A DNA stretch of 64,000 nucleotides from an uncultured Acidobacteriota bacterium. GTDB lineage: Bacteria > Acidobacteriota > Vicinamibacteria > Vicinamibacterales > CAVVIG01. Below the pieces are notes generated by a model. That model searched no databases and was not told the DNA's origin. It saw only the letters and a list, made by a program, of their open reading frames with translations. Each line of letters opens with the position of its first letter. Positions within the stretch are counted from its first letter, which is position 1. The DNA lies in NCBI GenBank assembly GCA_963711795.1, contig CAVQFD010000004.1, positions 395,873-459,872 on the forward strand. Direction: 5' to 3'. Below are positions 63,037-64,000 of the stretch, piece by piece. The position numbers were made by a program, and so were the translations under genes.

Positions 63037-63501
63037 CTAGCCCAGAAGGCCCTCGAGGTCGGCTTCAGAAGACCCGGTCAACCTCTTTCTCATCACAATC
63101 GCGGACTGAGGACACGCCGATGTGAACTCCACCGAGACCCTTACGGATGCCGGCACTTCATCACGTGCAATCTGCTCGAACCCGAATCTCGGAAAGAACC
63201 GTTCAGCCGTCGTGGTGAGCAGGAACACCGCCTTCGCGCCCTGCGTCTTCGCCAGGCGCAACGCCGCTTCGGTCAGCTGATGCCCGAGATGCCGCCCTTG
63301 CTCGGCCGGATCGACGGCGACGGACCGCAGCAGCGCGCCATCCGCGTAGAGCTCCAATGCCGCCGTTCCCACCACCCGCGAGCCGTCTCTGGCGACGAGC
63401 ATGGTCCTGACGTGATCGTCGACCCCGTCTAGCGGCAGATGGTGCTGCGCGAGAAGACTGCGGACGTACGGCAGATCACGATCGGTCGCGGCTTCGATCA
63501 T
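63037..63501 (-). CDS. arsN2: Arsenic-resistance-associated GNAT acetyltransferase
   Basis: LLRSVAV, LLTTTAERFF..GF, S.EF..ACP.SA..M; directly downstream of arsR. Confidence 0.82.
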   Translation of the reverse strand: MIEAATDRDLPYVRSLLAQHHLPLDGVDDHVRTMLVARDGSRVVGTAALELYADGALLRSVAVDPAEQGRHLGHQLTEAALRLAKTQGAKAVFLLTTTAERFFPRFGFEQIARDEVPASVRVSVEFTSACPQSAIVMRKRLTGSSEADLEGLLG

Positions 63502-63514
63502 CGCACCCACCCTC

Positions 63515-63928
63515 TCAGGTTCGTGGTGCGCAGCAGGCGCCGCCTGCGGGGCTGTCCAGGACGTACAGCTGCCCATACGAGCGCTGGAACTGCCTGCGGT
63601 CGCTCGCCGTGGCGGGCAGTTGTCGCAGTGCGTCAACAGCCGCATTGACGACGTTCTGGACGACAGGGTCGAGCGACTTCGACACCTGGTAGTGCATCCA
63701 GACGCCGTCGCGGCGTGCTGCCACGAGCCCGGTTCGGCGCAGGTACGCAAGGTGACGCGACACCGTCGGCTGCGGGACGCCGAGACTGTCGTGGATGTGG
63801 CAGACGCACACTTCGTTGTTGCCGAGAAGCCCGAGGATTCGCAGCCGTGTCTTGTCCGCGAGCGCCTTGAACACATCCTCCAGCTGGTCGATGGCCGCCG
63901 CCCGGGTCTTGGGAGTTGAACGGGTCAT
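63515..63928 (-). CDS. arsR: ArsR/SmtB metalloregulator
   Basis: FKALADKTRLRI, EVCVC metal site, QPTVSRHLAYL, C-terminal CC. Confidence 0.92.
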   Translation of the reverse strand: MTRSTPKTRAAAIDQLEDVFKALADKTRLRILGLLGNNEVCVCHIHDSLGVPQPTVSRHLAYLRRTGLVAARRDGVWMHYQVSKSLDPVVQNVVNAAVDALRQLPATASDRRQFQRSYGQLYVLDSPAGGACCAPRT

Positions 63929-63984
63929 ATATTTGCCTTGACGAATATACCACGCGGCAATATATTCGTAAAGACGAATATATT
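63928..63984. promoter_or_regulatory. Tandem ArsR-type operators overlapping a promoter
   Basis: Perfect IR AATATATTCGT-aaag-ACGAATATATT (63959-63984) and a degenerate copy at 63928-63949; TTGACG-N17-TATATT; GGAGG and ATG 63996 of a divergent gene at the window edge. Confidence 0.8.
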
Positions 63985-64000
63985 GGAGGTCAGCGATGAA

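Overview
GC-rich bacterial window. The gene content (secreted PQQ and NHL beta-propeller enzymes, an acidobacterial-type PadR, and an expanded PDLxG...EYACHExN secreted family) suggests Acidobacteriota, probably Vicinamibacteria; this assignment is inference. Many single-base indels, often in homopolymers and densest at about 37.8-45.2 kb, split or falsely fuse ORFs and look like long-read consensus errors. Contents: a tadE/tadG pair, many periplasmic redox and hydrolase genes, and a pheA-ilvD-ilvB-ilvN-ilvC-NifA-like operon behind an unannotated Val-rich leader-peptide attenuator. There is also a six-gene MoxR/VWA operon in mxaRSACKL-like order, an acyl-CoA ligase, gabD, a GMC dehydrogenase pair, a heme c-fused copper monooxygenase and an arsR-arsN2-MATE-dinB unit with a double operator. 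Notable non-coding structure: over a dozen degenerate 7-9 nt tandem arrays at gene junctions, a ~200 nt inverted-repeat element and many apparently leaderless promoters. No rRNA, tRNA, CRISPR array or transposase was recognised.
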